This document shows positions 1 to 15,000 of a stretch of DNA of 64,000 nt, one piece after another. The notes below the pieces were generated by a model. It did no database searches, was not told the origin of the DNA, and worked only from the letters and a program-made list of their open reading frames with translations. The position numbers were made by a program, and so were the translations under genes. Each line of letters begins with the position of its first letter. The first letter of the stretch is position 1. Where the stretch lies: NCBI GenBank assembly GCA_038997165.1, contig JAWBAK010000001.1, positions 61,926 to 125,925 on the forward strand, given 5' to 3'. This DNA comes from Candidatus Aenigmatarchaeota archaeon. Its GTDB lineage: Archaea; Aenigmatarchaeota; Aenigmatarchaeia; CG10238-14; SpSt-28.

Positions 1-1
1 A

Positions 2-3000
2 CTAAATTTCCCATTATTTTTTGCTTGTGGTAATTTTTCAACTAAGTTACAAGTTTTTAATAAAGGTAATTTACCTGCTTATAACTTTAGAATAAATGAA
101 ACAAAAAGTGATATACTTAAAACTCATCCTGGAGATTTAATTTTCTACGGTTTTAATCCTTCTAATCCTTATTTAGAACAATCAAAACTAATTAGCTGGG
201 ATGGAGGAATAAATTTCATAGCTACAGGTAAAGATAATGCAATAAACTTTACTTATTCAATTTTTGTACCATATCAAACTAATGGTACTTTTAGTTTTCA
301 AGCCTTAGCACTTAATAATACCTTTAGCTTTTTCGACGAAGAATATATAATTTCAATTTCTTGTGGAGCTTCTTTAAGCATAGACCAAATTAGAATAAGA
401 AAAGGAGAATATCCAGAACCAACTATATATGTTAACGATATTTTTAACATTTCGGCAAACATTTATAATGATGGTCCAGGAAATGCAAGTAATGTAATAG
501 TTTGGATTAATTATACAAATGTAACTCAAATAAGAGGATTAGAAAATTTAAAAATTTATAATTCTAATGGAGAAGAAAGCAATATTATTTATTTAGGAAA
601 TATTTTACCAAAGGAAACAAAAATTGCCTTTAATGACTATTATTTTACAGTAAATACTTCAGGAGTTTCTCCAGGAATAATAAGATTTTGTATTAATGCA
701 AACGCTACTGAAAATTCTACAATAGTTTCTTCTTGCAGAGATATTACAATAAATGCTCCACCAGCATTAATTGAATTAGAAAATCCCATTGCTATTTCAA
801 AAGAAACAGGCTCATCTTTTGGCTCTTGGAGCTTTAATTTTACTTTTAACGTTTCTGTAAGAGTTTCGAATTCAGAAAATGATGTTCAAATATGTGCATG
901 GTTTAGCAAAACTGGAATGGAACCATTTAAACTAATTGGTTGTGATATTTATCCTGCTCCAGGAAATAATATCGGAAGTTGGAGAAATTATTCTTTTGAA
1001 TATTCTCCAAGCTGTGAAGATATTGGTAATCCTGTATTTATTAAGTTTAATGCAACAAACTTTGCAGGATCTTCTAATTCTACAACATTACCATTTACTA
1101 TCACTAAAAGTAAAATAGTATTCGATGAAATTTTAGGAAATAATACAGAAACTAGAAGAGGGAAAATGCCTACAATTCTTGGTGTTAGAGTAAAAGATAT
1201 AAATGGAACTTATATTTCTAACTTACCATTAAGATTTTACGTAAGTTTAAACGAAATTGTTTTTGATGCAGGTAATACAGTTTATACAAATGAAAGTGGT
1301 TATGCAAACTATAACTTTTTAGCAGTTTGTACTCCAAAATACTTAGTTGGATATCAAAAATGGAAAGCTGAATTAAAAGATAACGAATGTTATTTTGATA
1401 ATTCTACAGAAAATTATTTCGATTTAAGAGTTTTAGTAACTGGAGATATTTTACTATATATAGTTAGGCCAGATGGTAGTACAAACTATACTCAAGAAGA
1501 TACTATTACATTCTTAGGTTATGTAACAGATGATTGTGGAGATCCTTTAACGGCAAGCGTTATATTTTTTGCAAATCATAGCATAGAAAGCTTTGAATGT
1601 TCAGATGTAACTCAAGTAGGTTCTAATGCATATACTTGCGATTGGCATACAGAAATTACTACACCAATGGGTTGGTATAATGTTTCTATGTATGTAGAAA
1701 AAGAGTTTCATTATTCGAATTGGAGTATAAAAGCTAAAGATCCAGGACTATTCTATTTAGAACCTATTTATAAATTAGAAGATCCACAAGCATATCCAAT
1801 AAGAGAAGGATGGGGATATAAAAACTGGAATTTTAGTGTATTTGCATCTAGTGGAGATAGTGAAAATGAGTTTGACGTAAATATATATTTAGGAGATTTG
1901 TGGCCACCAGCAAAGCCTTGTGAAGAGTGTATAAATATTACTCCAAAAACATGCTTTAATTGTTATAAGCAATTGGTTGTATTTTTAAGAAATTTCACTG
2001 CATATGAAATAGGTACTTGGTACTATAGATTTTCCTTAGGACCAACATCAACTACTCAAGTTAAATATGTAATAGTTGAAAAAGATGACACAACAATGGA
2101 ATATGTTAGTGGAAATAATTCTATAGTAATAAGAAATTCTCAACCAGCATTACTTTCTGTTAGAGTTTTTGACTTAGATGCAAATACTTATGAATTAAAT
2201 CCGCCTGCATTAGTTACTTTTAAATTATACGATGAAAAATATCCAAATGGATATAAGGTTATTGGAAGTGTTTATACAAATTCTTCTGGATATGCAAATC
2301 TATTGCTAAACATAACAGAATGTACTGGTTGGCTTGAAGGAATTCAAAAATGGAGTGCAGAAATAGATGATAATGATAACTATTACAAAAAATCTTCCAT
2401 AGGAAACTTTACAATAGAAATTCAATTACCAGGATGCCAGCCGCAAGTATATATTTATTCGATAGAATTACCAAAAGAAGCATTTCAATATAAAAATTTC
2501 ACAATAGTAACATATGTTACTTCTTGGGTAGGAGATGCTGAAGGTGTTTATATAAATATTACTTTACCAGATGGTTGGTATACTGATGAGCAAACTAAAT
2601 ATTTGGGAAAAATATATGCTAACGAATTCAAAAAAATTTATTGGAATGTTTATGCTAGTACATTTGGAGAGGGAAAAGCAATTTTCTATATAAACTCAAG
2701 TAATGCTGGTTATAAAAGATTGGAAAGTAATAATATTGTCGTTTATAAATTTTCTCAATCAACAATAAACTCGATAATTAATATTAATAGTAATGATTTT
2801 GAAATTTTAGAATTTGATTGCGAAACTGGTAACTATAGAATTGCAAACTTAACAATAAAAATTTCAGAGAATTCAAATAATTCAACTCTAAAAATTGAAT
2901 CTTTTAACTCTTCTAACTGGATAAAAATTGAAAATAATTTAGAAGTTATTAGCAATAGCTTCTATTTTATTCCAATATTAGCTAATCAAATTTCAAGCAA

Positions 3001-6000
3001 TTCTGATGGAAAATGTTTAGTAAAAATAACAAATGTTGGAGATAAAAATGTAATTATAGAAAGTGCAACCCTTACTTCTTACTATAATGAAACTTTAAAA
3101 ATAGATGGTATAAAAGTTTTAGTTAATAATTTTGAAGTAGAAAGCATAGATAAAACAGAAAGTTCATTTAATATTTCTGTTAGAATAGGAAATTCCTTAG
3201 ATATAAATAAAGATGGTAATTTAACTTTAAAGATTTTGAAAGATGGAAAGGAAATTTATTCGAATTATAAAGAATTTACAATAAATGCAAATAGCTTTAC
3301 TTTTATTAATTTTACTGATATTCAAACAAGCAATTGGGAAGAAGGAATTTATGAAATAATTGCAATACTCAATTCTTCAAACGAAATTAAATTATTAAAA
3401 AGAGAAATAGTTTTTAGTGAAATAAAAATCGATATAACTTCTCCAAAATATCAATGTAATTCTTCAACAGAAAAAATTTATTTAGAAATTTATCAGCCAT
3501 TAGAAGATTATATTTCTTATAACATTTCTTTACAAATTCCAAATAATTGGGATTATAATCCTAAATACATATACTTAGAGCCAAAAGGTAAAGGATTTTA
3601 TTTTGCCGAATTTAATTTAACAGCATTTTCTGAAATTGAAGAAGATTATCAAATAATAATTGTAATTAATTACACTTACGCAAACAATACAAAAAGTTTA
3701 ATTAAACCTATAAACATAAAAGTTTCTCCAAACATTCCAATTTTAGAAATTATAAGAGAATTACCAAGTTTAGTTTCCACATCAATTGTTTTTAAGCCAA
3801 GAATAGTTATTCATAACAAAGGTTGTGGGATTGCTAATAATGTAACTATTAAAGAATATATTTCAGCCGGTTGGATAGGGGCAAACCCAAGCATTGCAAA
3901 GAACGAATATGCTAATGATCCAGAAGTTTCTGATAAAGATGTTGATTTAATTTATTCTGAAACGGACTTAATAAATAATATACTAACTTGGCAATTAAGC
4001 GATATTAAGCCAAATAAATATGCTGTACTAACATATCAAATAAAAGCTCCTCCAACATTATTTACAGCTGGTTACTTAAAGTATAATATAAGCTGGAATA
4101 ATGAATATTATATTGAAGAAAAAATACCATCAAAAGTTTATACATATAGATATCCAGAAGAATCTCATTTAGAATTTGATTTAATTGCTATTCAAACCTT
4201 AGAATATCCATGGCCAGAAGTAAGAAGCATTCAAGTTAATAGAGAATATAACTTTACTTTAAAAGTTACAAATATTGGAGATATAAATACTAATAATGAT
4301 TGGACTATTAAGCTTTATATTCCAAAAGAATGCGAAGTTATTAATGTAGAAAATGGAATATGGAATGAAAGTGAAAGAAAAATAGTTTGGAGTTTACCAA
4401 ATATTTCAACTTATCAAACATCATATTTTAACTTTACTTTGAAATGTAATGAAGAAAAACAATATGTTTTAATTGCTGAAGGAATAAGAGATACTAGAAG
4501 TAAAGTAAGCTTTGAAAATTCTACATCAATTTATTGCGAATCTTATTCAAAACCTGCATATTGTTATTCTAAATTAGATTATATCTTAGCAAAACCAACA
4601 AATGCTAGATATGAAAAATTATCCAATATAACTATTGAGTTTTTGAATAAATATTCTGGAAATAATTTAACAATTGGAAATTCTTACATAAAAATTTTTG
4701 ACGATTTGCTTAATGAGCATATAATATGGCAAGACTATTCTTTCGAAGAGAAAAATGAAATAAAAACAAAGCAGCTAATAATTTATGAAAATCAAGAAAA
4801 TTTTGTTAGTAATATAAAAACTTTTGAAATTAGCTCATATTCTGATGCAACAGAAAATACTTATACTAACATTTCAATACTTAAAATTTATTATACTTGG
4901 GATTTAGGAAAATTGTTTAATGAAACTCAAAACCTATTTATAAAATCTAAGGTTTATGATTATACACCTCTATTCAGAAACGCAAAGCTCTATATTAATG
5001 GTAACGATTCTATAAAAGTTGGAGGCTGGGGAGAAAAATTTGAATTTAGTGTAGAGGTTAGAGATAGATTTGGAAGAGATGTTATAGTTAGAATGTATCA
5101 TAGAAAAGTAGGTGGTGAGTGGAGTTTAGTAGATGAAAAAGTTTGCTATTCTTGCTTAGAATGGACTCAATTTAATTTTAGCTATGATTACGATTATACA
5201 GATATATCAAATTGGGAATTCAAATTTGAAGGAATAAATTCAGATGGTATTAGCGAATATTATGGATTTGTATATACTGTTGAAAAAGATGATGTTGAAT
5301 TAACACCAATTCAACCACAATGGAACGAAACTGTTTTAAGAGCTTATGGATATAACTTTACGATTTACGCTTTCGATATTGATAATAAAACTATTCCATA
5401 TGTTTTGGAAGATTATAAAGCTTTTGTTGCCTTAGGTCAATATGGAAATAACTTAACTTATAAAATATATACATTATCTCCATCAATTAATGAAAGTGGC
5501 TACATAATTTTAAAAGTTACTAATACAGAGTTTTGTAATCCAGCAAACAACTATTATTTAGGTCAAAACTACTGGTTTGGTGGAATTCAAGGATCTGCAT
5601 ATTATAAAGATGTTAATACAAGAATTCCACCATATAATGCATTACCATATGTATTAATAGGAAGCTTATATAATAACATAATTTATCCAATTAATGTTAA
5701 CTTTAGTTTCGAATTAGATACAATTACTTTAAGAGGAGTTGTTTACGACGATTGTGGAAATATAAGAGCTGATGAAGATATGTATGTATATTTCAATTTA
5801 ACTAATGGAGATTATAATTATCAATGCATAGCTACAAGAGTTGGAAATGAATTCCAATGTACATTTAATCCAAGAAGTTTAAATGCACCCTTAGGTTGGT
5901 ATAACATATCTATGTATTCTTCAAAGCCATTACATACAGATGGTATTTATAGTGTAAATAATGCATTCTTCTTAGCAAGCATACCAAAAATAATTAATAT

Positions 6001-9000
6001 ATCTATTAATCCTTTTGGCGGTCCTTGGGGTTTAAGTCCATTTAATTTTAGTGCATACATTATTGATGAAGATGGAAATTTTGTTAATATAACTCATTAT
6101 TTAAGAAAAGTTCCAGAACAATATTTTGTTGCTTATATTGATAATTGCACAAATTGTAATTATTATTTAACTTCTTTCCTTAGAAATTTTGTTTGTGATT
6201 ATGAAAATATTGAAGTTGGAGAATGGAGATATAAAATTGAAACTAAGGATGAAGCTGGTTTTTCAAATACATCTCAAGAAATTTCATTTACAATAGAAAA
6301 AGAACCAATTAATATATCGCTATTTGAAAGCGTTCCGTTAATTAACAGAAGTAATGTACCAAATTCGAAAGCATACAATTTATCGGTTACTATATTCGAT
6401 ACTATTTTAAATAGAAATGTAACAGAAATACCTTTTGTATATTTAAAATTAGAAGGTCCAGCAACTTTTACATATGAAATGGAAAAGGATGAAACTCAAG
6501 AAAAATATTATTATGAATTTCTTCCAGGTTGTAGTTATCCTGTAGGAGAATATAAATGGTATTCTTATGTTTTAAACGATTATTGCTATCAAAATGCAAG
6601 AAGTGAAAATTATACAATAAACATTTATGGAAGCCTTTCTGTTAACATAATTTCTCCAACAGATTATCAGATTATTCCAGAAGGACAAAGTGTAACTATA
6701 AGATCTAATATTATAGATGATTGTGGTGTTTCAATAACCAATGCTAATGTTTATTATATTTTAAGAAATGAAAGAACTCAAGAAGAATTTAGATGTCCAG
6801 AAAGTGGGTTTGCAAATTATGATGGAACTTCTTATGTTTGCAATTTTAATACTAGTGGCAAACCTGGAGGAAATTATACTATAATAGCTTACGCATCAAG
6901 AAATTATTATTGGGATTCCTTAGCTATAAAAGAAAATGCATTCTTTCTAGTAACTCCAGTAAGAATTATAAATGTTACTATGAATTATGAGCATGATGGT
7001 AGCTGGGGTGAAATTCATAATTTTACAGCTCTAATAGATCATTATAATGATGTTATTGTATGTTTATTAGAAAAACCAATAGATGCACAAGAATACCAAG
7101 TTACTGAATGTAAATATGTAGAAAATCCATCTGGAGGAAAAAAAGTAACATTTAATAGAAGATATACATGTTCAAATTTTGTTAGAAGTCAATTCTGGAA
7201 TTATAAAATTAATGCTACAGAGCCAGGAGTACCTTCTTCTTATAGCGAAAGTCAAGAATATCAACATATGCTACAAAAAAATGATTTATCGCTAATAATT
7301 TATTATAACGATTCTGAAGCAAAAAGATATGGAGATCAAAGGGCAAGATTAATAGTATATGCATATGATTTAGATCAAAAACAAGCTGCATATGTTAGTG
7401 CATATAATTCACCAAATATTAAATTTAATGTATATAATGGAAGTTCTTTTGTTTTTGTTGGTGCAAACTCAACAAATTCTTCTGGATATTCGACTCTATT
7501 TTTCAAACCTGATTGTAGCTTTGATGTAGGAATTAAGGAATGGTATGCTTATACAGAGGCTGATGCATGTTATAAAAATGTAATTTCTGATAGATCAAAT
7601 ATTACAATAGTTGGTCTGTTAAATCCATATTTAGTTTCTCCGATTAATGAAGAATATACAAGATATGCTGAACTATACATAAATCTTTCTGCAATTGTTA
7701 AAGATGAATGTAATTTAATTACATTTGAAAATGCCACTGTTACATTTATTGCAAAAAGTGTTGCTTTTGGAAGCGAATACTTATGTTCAGACGTTACTTA
7801 TTCTAATGGTTATTATAATTGTAGCTTAAATGCAACTTTAATAGAGGAAGGTTGGTATAATGTAAACGTTACAGCATCGAACGTTTTATATTATGATGAT
7901 TACTATTATCTTCAAACAAATTCCTTCAAAATAATTCATAGCTTAGTTCCTCCAGTATTAAGCAATGAGTATGCTTATCCTGAGCAAGATGGAGGTTGGG
8001 GAGAAAGATGGTATTTTAGAGTTAATGTTAGTGATTTGAATGGAGACGATGTAAATATTTATCTTTGGATTTCAAGAGATAGAAGCAATTGGGAACTAGT
8101 AAATCAAACTATTTGCTATAATTGTGGATATGAAAGAACCATAGAACTATCTTATAAAGGATTTACATGCGAAGATTATTTAAATCGGCCAATATACTTC
8201 AAATTCAATGCAACAGATGCTTATAATTCAACAGATAGAAATCCCATAGCTTTATATCTTGATAAAAATGATTTAAGAATTGAGTATTATAGTGGAAATG
8301 AAAGCAAAATAATAAGAAATGTTGGTGGAATATTACAAGCTAGAATTTATGATTTAGATTTTGGAGATTATGCAGATTCTCAAGTTGCTCTATACGTAAC
8401 TACTGATAGAAATAATTATAAGCTTGTAGCAATAAATAATTCATTAAATTCTATAGCTACATTATTCTTTAATCCAACATGCGAATTTGATGTTGGTTTG
8501 CAATATTGGAAAATAGGAAGTTATAATGATGCATGCTATAAAAATGTAAACTCAAGCGATTTCAATTTATATGTAATAGGAAATATCGATGCAAACATAA
8601 CTTATCCAAAAGGAGATAAATTCTTAAGAGGCTCTAATGTAACTTTAAATATTTCAATTTTTGATGAATGTTCAGAAAACATTCCACTAGAAAATACAAA
8701 AATAAATATAACGATGATAAGTAATAGAGATAAAAGCATAAGATATTGTACTGAAATAATTGAATTAGGAAATGGATTATACTCCTGTACATTTAATTCT
8801 TCTAACTTCACTCCAAATTATTATAACGTAACTCTAAATATTTCTAAAGAATTATATACGAATAAAACAAAAACATTTTCTAATGTATTTTGGATTGAAA
8901 CAAATCCAATACTATTTAATTTAAGAGCAATTCCAAATGTTTTAGGCTGGGGAGAAACTTTAACAATAAAAGTTAACTTTACTGATGAAGATTTAGATAC

Positions 9001-12000
9001 TCATACTATAAATGTTTATTTAATTAAAAGTGATTATTCAAGAGTAAGAACTAGAAATATTTTAAATGTTCAAGGAATAAATGTTGAAGCCTCTACACAA
9101 TTTACTTTCACATCTGCAGATATTGGAGATTGGTTTGTAATTGTTAATGTAACCGATGATTTTGGCATTGCTGAAATAAATACTTCAATTACAATTGAAA
9201 AAGACGATACTATTATTGAATATATTAGTGGAAATAATAGTATAGTTCATAGGATTCATAATACAACAACTTTTGAATTAAGAGCTATAGATATAGATAA
9301 TCCATCAAACAATATTTATTATCAGCCAGCTGGTTTTTGGGTTACTTCAGATTATGTTAATTATATTTATATTGGAACTGTATATACTGGAAATAATGGA
9401 TATTTTAATATAACTTTTGATCCTGATTGTAGATTTGAAACAGGAATTCAAAAATGGAAAGGAGGATTATTAGAAAATCCGAATTGGAAGACGTCGAATT
9501 CTTCAGAATATTTTGTTATAATAGTTTCTGATTTAAGTGGAAATATTATTCAGCCAGATGGAAACATTCTTTTAAGAGGCGTAGATTCTTTAAATATTAG
9601 AGCTACTGTTAGCGATGAATGTAAATATGTAAATGGTGCTGATGTTTACTTTGTTGTAGGAAATGAAAACATAAATATTACATGCGATAATGTTATAAAT
9701 GATAATCTAGGAAATTATACTTGTAGTTTATCTTCTAGTACACTTGAAATATTGCCATATGGTTGGAATAATATAACTATGTTTGCAAGGAAAGATTTTT
9801 ATGAAAATGAGTTAGTAATTACTAAACAAAACGCTTTCTACTTAGCAGATAAGCCAAAAATTGAAGATGTTTATGTAACTTCAGCAACTTGGAGATGGGG
9901 GACTGTTTTTGAATTCGTAGGTAAACTATATGATTTGGATCCAGATAATAAAACTGTTTATTTATGGATTAGTAGAGATGGTAGTAATTGGAGATTAATA
10001 AATCAAACAACATATTATGGCCCAACACCACCAGGAGGAGTAGATATTAAATTGAGTTTTATTCCTACTTGCAATGATGTAGGAAATTGGTACTTTAAAT
10101 TTAATGTTACCGATACTAGTGGATATTCGAGCGAAACATTTGGATATCAATTTGAAATACTCAAAAGACCAGCAGTTATAAGCGCTATAAGTGGATTAAA
10201 CAAAATAATTCAAAGAGAGGGTTCTGTTTCCACAACACTAAGAATAAAAGCTATAGATGCAATAGATGGAGCAAATATAAATAATGCAAAAATAAAATTT
10301 ATAACTATTAATAAAACTGGTCACGAAGTAACTTATGAAACTTGGACAAACCAATCTGGTATTGCATCTTACATTTTTGATCCAGATTGTTCTTACGGTG
10401 CTAATAAAACATATTGGAAAGCAATTCTATATAATAATTCATGTTATGAAGATACAGTTTCTCCAAATTTTGATATATACATTTATGGAAAATTGTATAA
10501 TAACCTTGTAGCTCCTTCACAAGGATCAACATTTCCATCTAGAACAACATTTAATATTTCTTATTATATAACTTCAGATTGTAGTGATGAAGGATTAATT
10601 GAGAACGCAAACGCAGAGATTAAAGTGTATGATCCGTTAAATCAAGAAATTATATGTACTCCAATAATTGAGGAAAACGGATATTATAATTGTACTTTTG
10701 ATACTACAGGCAAAAGAGCTGGTGTATATTCGATAACTCTAAACTCAACAAAACAATATTACTTCGGAAGTTATACTAATTATCCAAACTGGTTTAGCAT
10801 ATATAATTCTCCACCAACATATTCAAACATATCTGTCTCTCCATCTATTGCTCCATGGACATCAATACTAAACTTTAGTGTTTATGTTTCAGATGCTGAT
10901 AATGATGTAGTAAGATGTTCTCTAGAAATTAAAAAAGGTTACTCGTATATAGAAGTTGCAACTATGGAAATAAATGGAAATGGTCTTTGTAGTTTTTTGA
11001 TTAGCGATTTTAGCTGTGATGATATAGGAACTAATTACTTTAGATTCTCTTTAAGCGATGGATATAACGATATAGTCTATACAGAAGAGCAATCTTTTGA
11101 ATTAACTAAAAGTCCAGTAGTTCTTAATTTGATTAGTGGAAATGGAACAAGTGTAAGAAGAAATATAGCCTCGACAAACTTAAGAATTAGCGTTTTTGAT
11201 TTAGTTAAAAATTCATTAGTCGGAACTTCAATATTGCCAGAAGCATATGTGAAATTTAATATTACATTTGACAGCTTAAATTATATAAACTTAGATGAAG
11301 TTTCTACAACATCAGGATATGCAGAAGTTATGTTTTCTCCAGATTGTTCTTTCTCAGCCGGAACTCAATATTGGTATGCCTACATTAGTGAAAACGATGT
11401 TTGCTACGAATTCAATCAAACAAATAATTTTGAAGTATATGTAATAGGTAGTTTAAACCCATCTATCATTGAACCTACCAATTTATTTAAAGTATATAAA
11501 GGGAATAACGTAAGCATTAGAGCGAATATTCAAGATGATTGCAATGAAAATGTTAGCGTAGATTTTATACAAATTAATCCAATAAGCAGAATTACAGGTC
11601 AAATGTTTAATTGTATTGTTTCAGAAGAAAATATAGGAATCTATAACTGTAGTTTTGAAACTGTAGATAAACCAGCTGGAGCATACGATATTAGAGTAAA
11701 TGTTTCTAAACAATATCATGTCTCAGCAATATATACAGAAAGTAATGCGTTTTTCATAGAAACCTATCCTTCATTAACAAACCCATCTGTTACACCAATA
11801 GTTGAGGGTTGGGGTAAAACAAGAACATTTAGTATTACAGCAAGTGATGAAGATAGAGATGCTTTATATGTCTGCTTATATTATAGACCGAAAGGAAGTG
11901 AAGATTGGAGCTTAGCGTCTTGTAGAACGAAACCTTCTGGCATTGCTTCACAAACATTAACATTTTCTAGAACATTTAGCTGCGATAATTTATTAGGACA

Positions 12001-15000
12001 AGAAAGTATAGAATATGAATTTTTCTTTAATGTTACGGATGATGACAATAATATAGCGGAAAGTGAAATAAAAAACTTTACTCTTGAAAGAGATGATATT
12101 TCAGTCAGTTTAGCAGAGAGTTATGTAGAGTATAATAGAAGTAGTACAGAAAAGGCTTCTCTAATAATTTCAATAAGAGATTTAGATGCAAATTCCTATG
12201 CAACGAGAGCTGTTAATGCAACATTATATGTAACTAGAATTCCAGGAACAACAAACTACTTTATAGATAACGTTTACATAAATAGAAATCCTGTTCTAGG
12301 AAACATAACATTTTACTTTCCACAACAAAACAAATGTTTATATAAAGTAGGGCCACAAAAATGGTATGTAAGTATAAATTCAAGTTGCTATAAACCAGCG
12401 AATTCTCCAATAGGAACTCTTAATATCACGAGCTTGCCTCTAAATTCGACATTAATATATCCTATAGGAGAATATTTCCCACAAGGATATAATATACCAA
12501 TAACTGTAGAAGTTTATGATGATTGCGAAAAAGTTGATGGTGCATCTCTTTCAATAGAAGTTATAAATCCAAACAACGAAACTATTGAATGTTATCCTGT
12601 TTCGAATCTTGGAAATGGAGGCTATAGGTGCTCGTTTAGCGATACTTATTTATTGGGAAGCTACACAATTAAAACACAAGCAAATAAGCAATACTATCCT
12701 GAAGGGTATATTAATGAATTTCCAAACGCCTTTTTCATTACTTCAGCACCTTTCATAGATTCCACAGAAGTCTATGCAAGTAGAACATCAAGCGAAGAGG
12801 GTGGATGGGGAGACACATGGTTCTTTAAAATAAGAGTTTATGACGAAGATCAAAGTTTTATAGAGTTTGAAAAACTAAATATTAGTTTATACATAGATTT
12901 TGGTAATGGATACGAATACATATCTTCGCAAATATGTGAAGCTCCAGAATGTGCAAGTCTAAAAGAATTTGTTTTTACGCATACATTTGATTGTTCAAAG
13001 ATTGGTGATAATAAGAAATTTAAGTTTATAGTTAGAGATTTCTTCAATAATACTGTTGAATCTGCCGAAGGGTATTTTAACATATTACCAGATGAACCGC
13101 AAATAACAATTCTAAGAAAGCCAACAAGAATTAATAGAGAAGGGAATTTTGCTGATATGTTTAACATTTCTGTTATAGATGTAGATAGAGGAGTTCCAGC
13201 AAATGCTACTCTTACATTATTTATTACAACGGATTCTTCGAACTTTAATTTCTATGTTAATCTAAATTCCGTAAATGGAATTGCTACATATAGCTTTGAT
13301 CCTGATTGTAGATTTAGCGCTGGAATTCAATATTTCAAAGTAAGCACAAACGATTCTTGCTATAAGCTCAAAACTAGCGATATTGACGAATTCGAAATTA
13401 TAGGAAGTTTACAAAACTATATTATTTATCCATATAGAAATTCGGATATTTTAATAGAATTTGGAAAAATCGAAAATATAACTTTAAATGTTAAAGATGA
13501 GTGTGAAAATGATATTGAAAATGCTAATGTTAATCTAAATGCTATTTGGCCAAATAATTATATAGAAAATATTCCTGTTTATGAAGAAAATAGTGGAATT
13601 TATAATGCAACTTGGAATTTAAGTAGAAAAATTGGTGGATATTATTCTTTTGTTTTTAATTCTTCCAAGGAATATTATAATTCTAATTCAACATTATTCT
13701 TAAATTGGATTTATCTAAATAATACTCCACCAATAATTGAAAATATAAGTGTTAATCCATTAGTTGGTGGATGGGGAGAAACGTTTACATTTAGCGCAGA
13801 TGTTTTTGATATTCAAAGAGATGATGTTGTTTGTAAGCTATATGTTTATACAGGGAAAAATACTTGGTTATATAAAGGAAGTGTAACTATTAAAGATGGG
13901 GTTGGAAAGTGTATAATAAATGTTAGTGATTTTGATTGCTCAGATATTAATGTTACTTCTTTGAATATGTTTAAGTTTGAAATTTCTGATGTAAACAATG
14001 TTTTTAATACTACAGAAATTTTTGCACCAGCAATAGGTAAAAATGATGTTGAAATTTATTATGTATTTGGAAATAATAGTTTCGTTAATAGAGCGTATTA
14101 CAACACAACCTTATTATCTTTAAGGATATTTGATAAAATTAAGAATACATTTGTAGGTTCTAATGTTAGAGGTTTTGTAAAAGTTACTAAAGATGGAAGT
14201 AATTATGGAGAAGAAATTATAAACTATACCAATTCTTCTGGATATCTAAATGTTTATTTCGATCCAAGCGGAGATTATGAAGTAGGTATTCAAAAATGGC
14301 TTGGAGGAGTTTTGAACGATAATTGTTATTTAGATAAAAATAGTGAAGAGTATTATTTAACTATCTTAGGAGAAATAGCTCTTAGTTATTTTGGAATAGA
14401 TAGAGAAGATGCTCGATACCTTAAGCCAAAAGATGATATTACAATTACTATAGCGCTTCAAGATGATAGGGGCTCGTATATAAATGATGCAAACGTTAAT
14501 ATAACTTTAATAGATGAGTTTAATAATAAATATATTTGCCCTATAAGTAATCTTGGCGGTGGAACTTATCAATGTTCTATTAGCACATCTGTCTTAGCTG
14601 CTAGATGGTATAACGTTTCTATATTAGCTAAAAAAGAATATCATTTAGATCTAAATGTTACATTTTCCAACGTATTTTTCATAGAAACAGAGCCAAAAGT
14701 ATATAATATAAGTGCTATTAGCGAGGAAAACTCAAATATTGGTGGATGGGGAGAAACGTGGAAATTCGTTGCAATTTTTGAAGATGAAGATTTAGATAGA
14801 AATGAAATTTGGATTCAAATCAAGCCAGAAAACTCTGAAAATTGGTATACTGTCAATAGTACTATAATTTCTGGAATTAATAAGACAACTATTGAACTTA
14901 TAGTGAAAGATCCAGGATTACTACAACAATATTTAGGCATATGGAATGCTCAATTCTATTCAATCGATAATAGAGGATATATAAGTTATAGTGAAATTAT

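Noticed and set aside
936-1118. 60-70-aa ORFs from the six-frame track lying inside or antisense to the large genes (936-1118 +, 8602-8811 -, 12850-13167 -, 17743-17931 -, 18217-18414 -, 19807-19995 -, 20782-20982 -, and similar ones in later genes)
   Set aside because: They are fully nested in long, well-supported ORFs, are low-complexity or hydrophobic noise with no motifs, and are expected by chance at these lengths.
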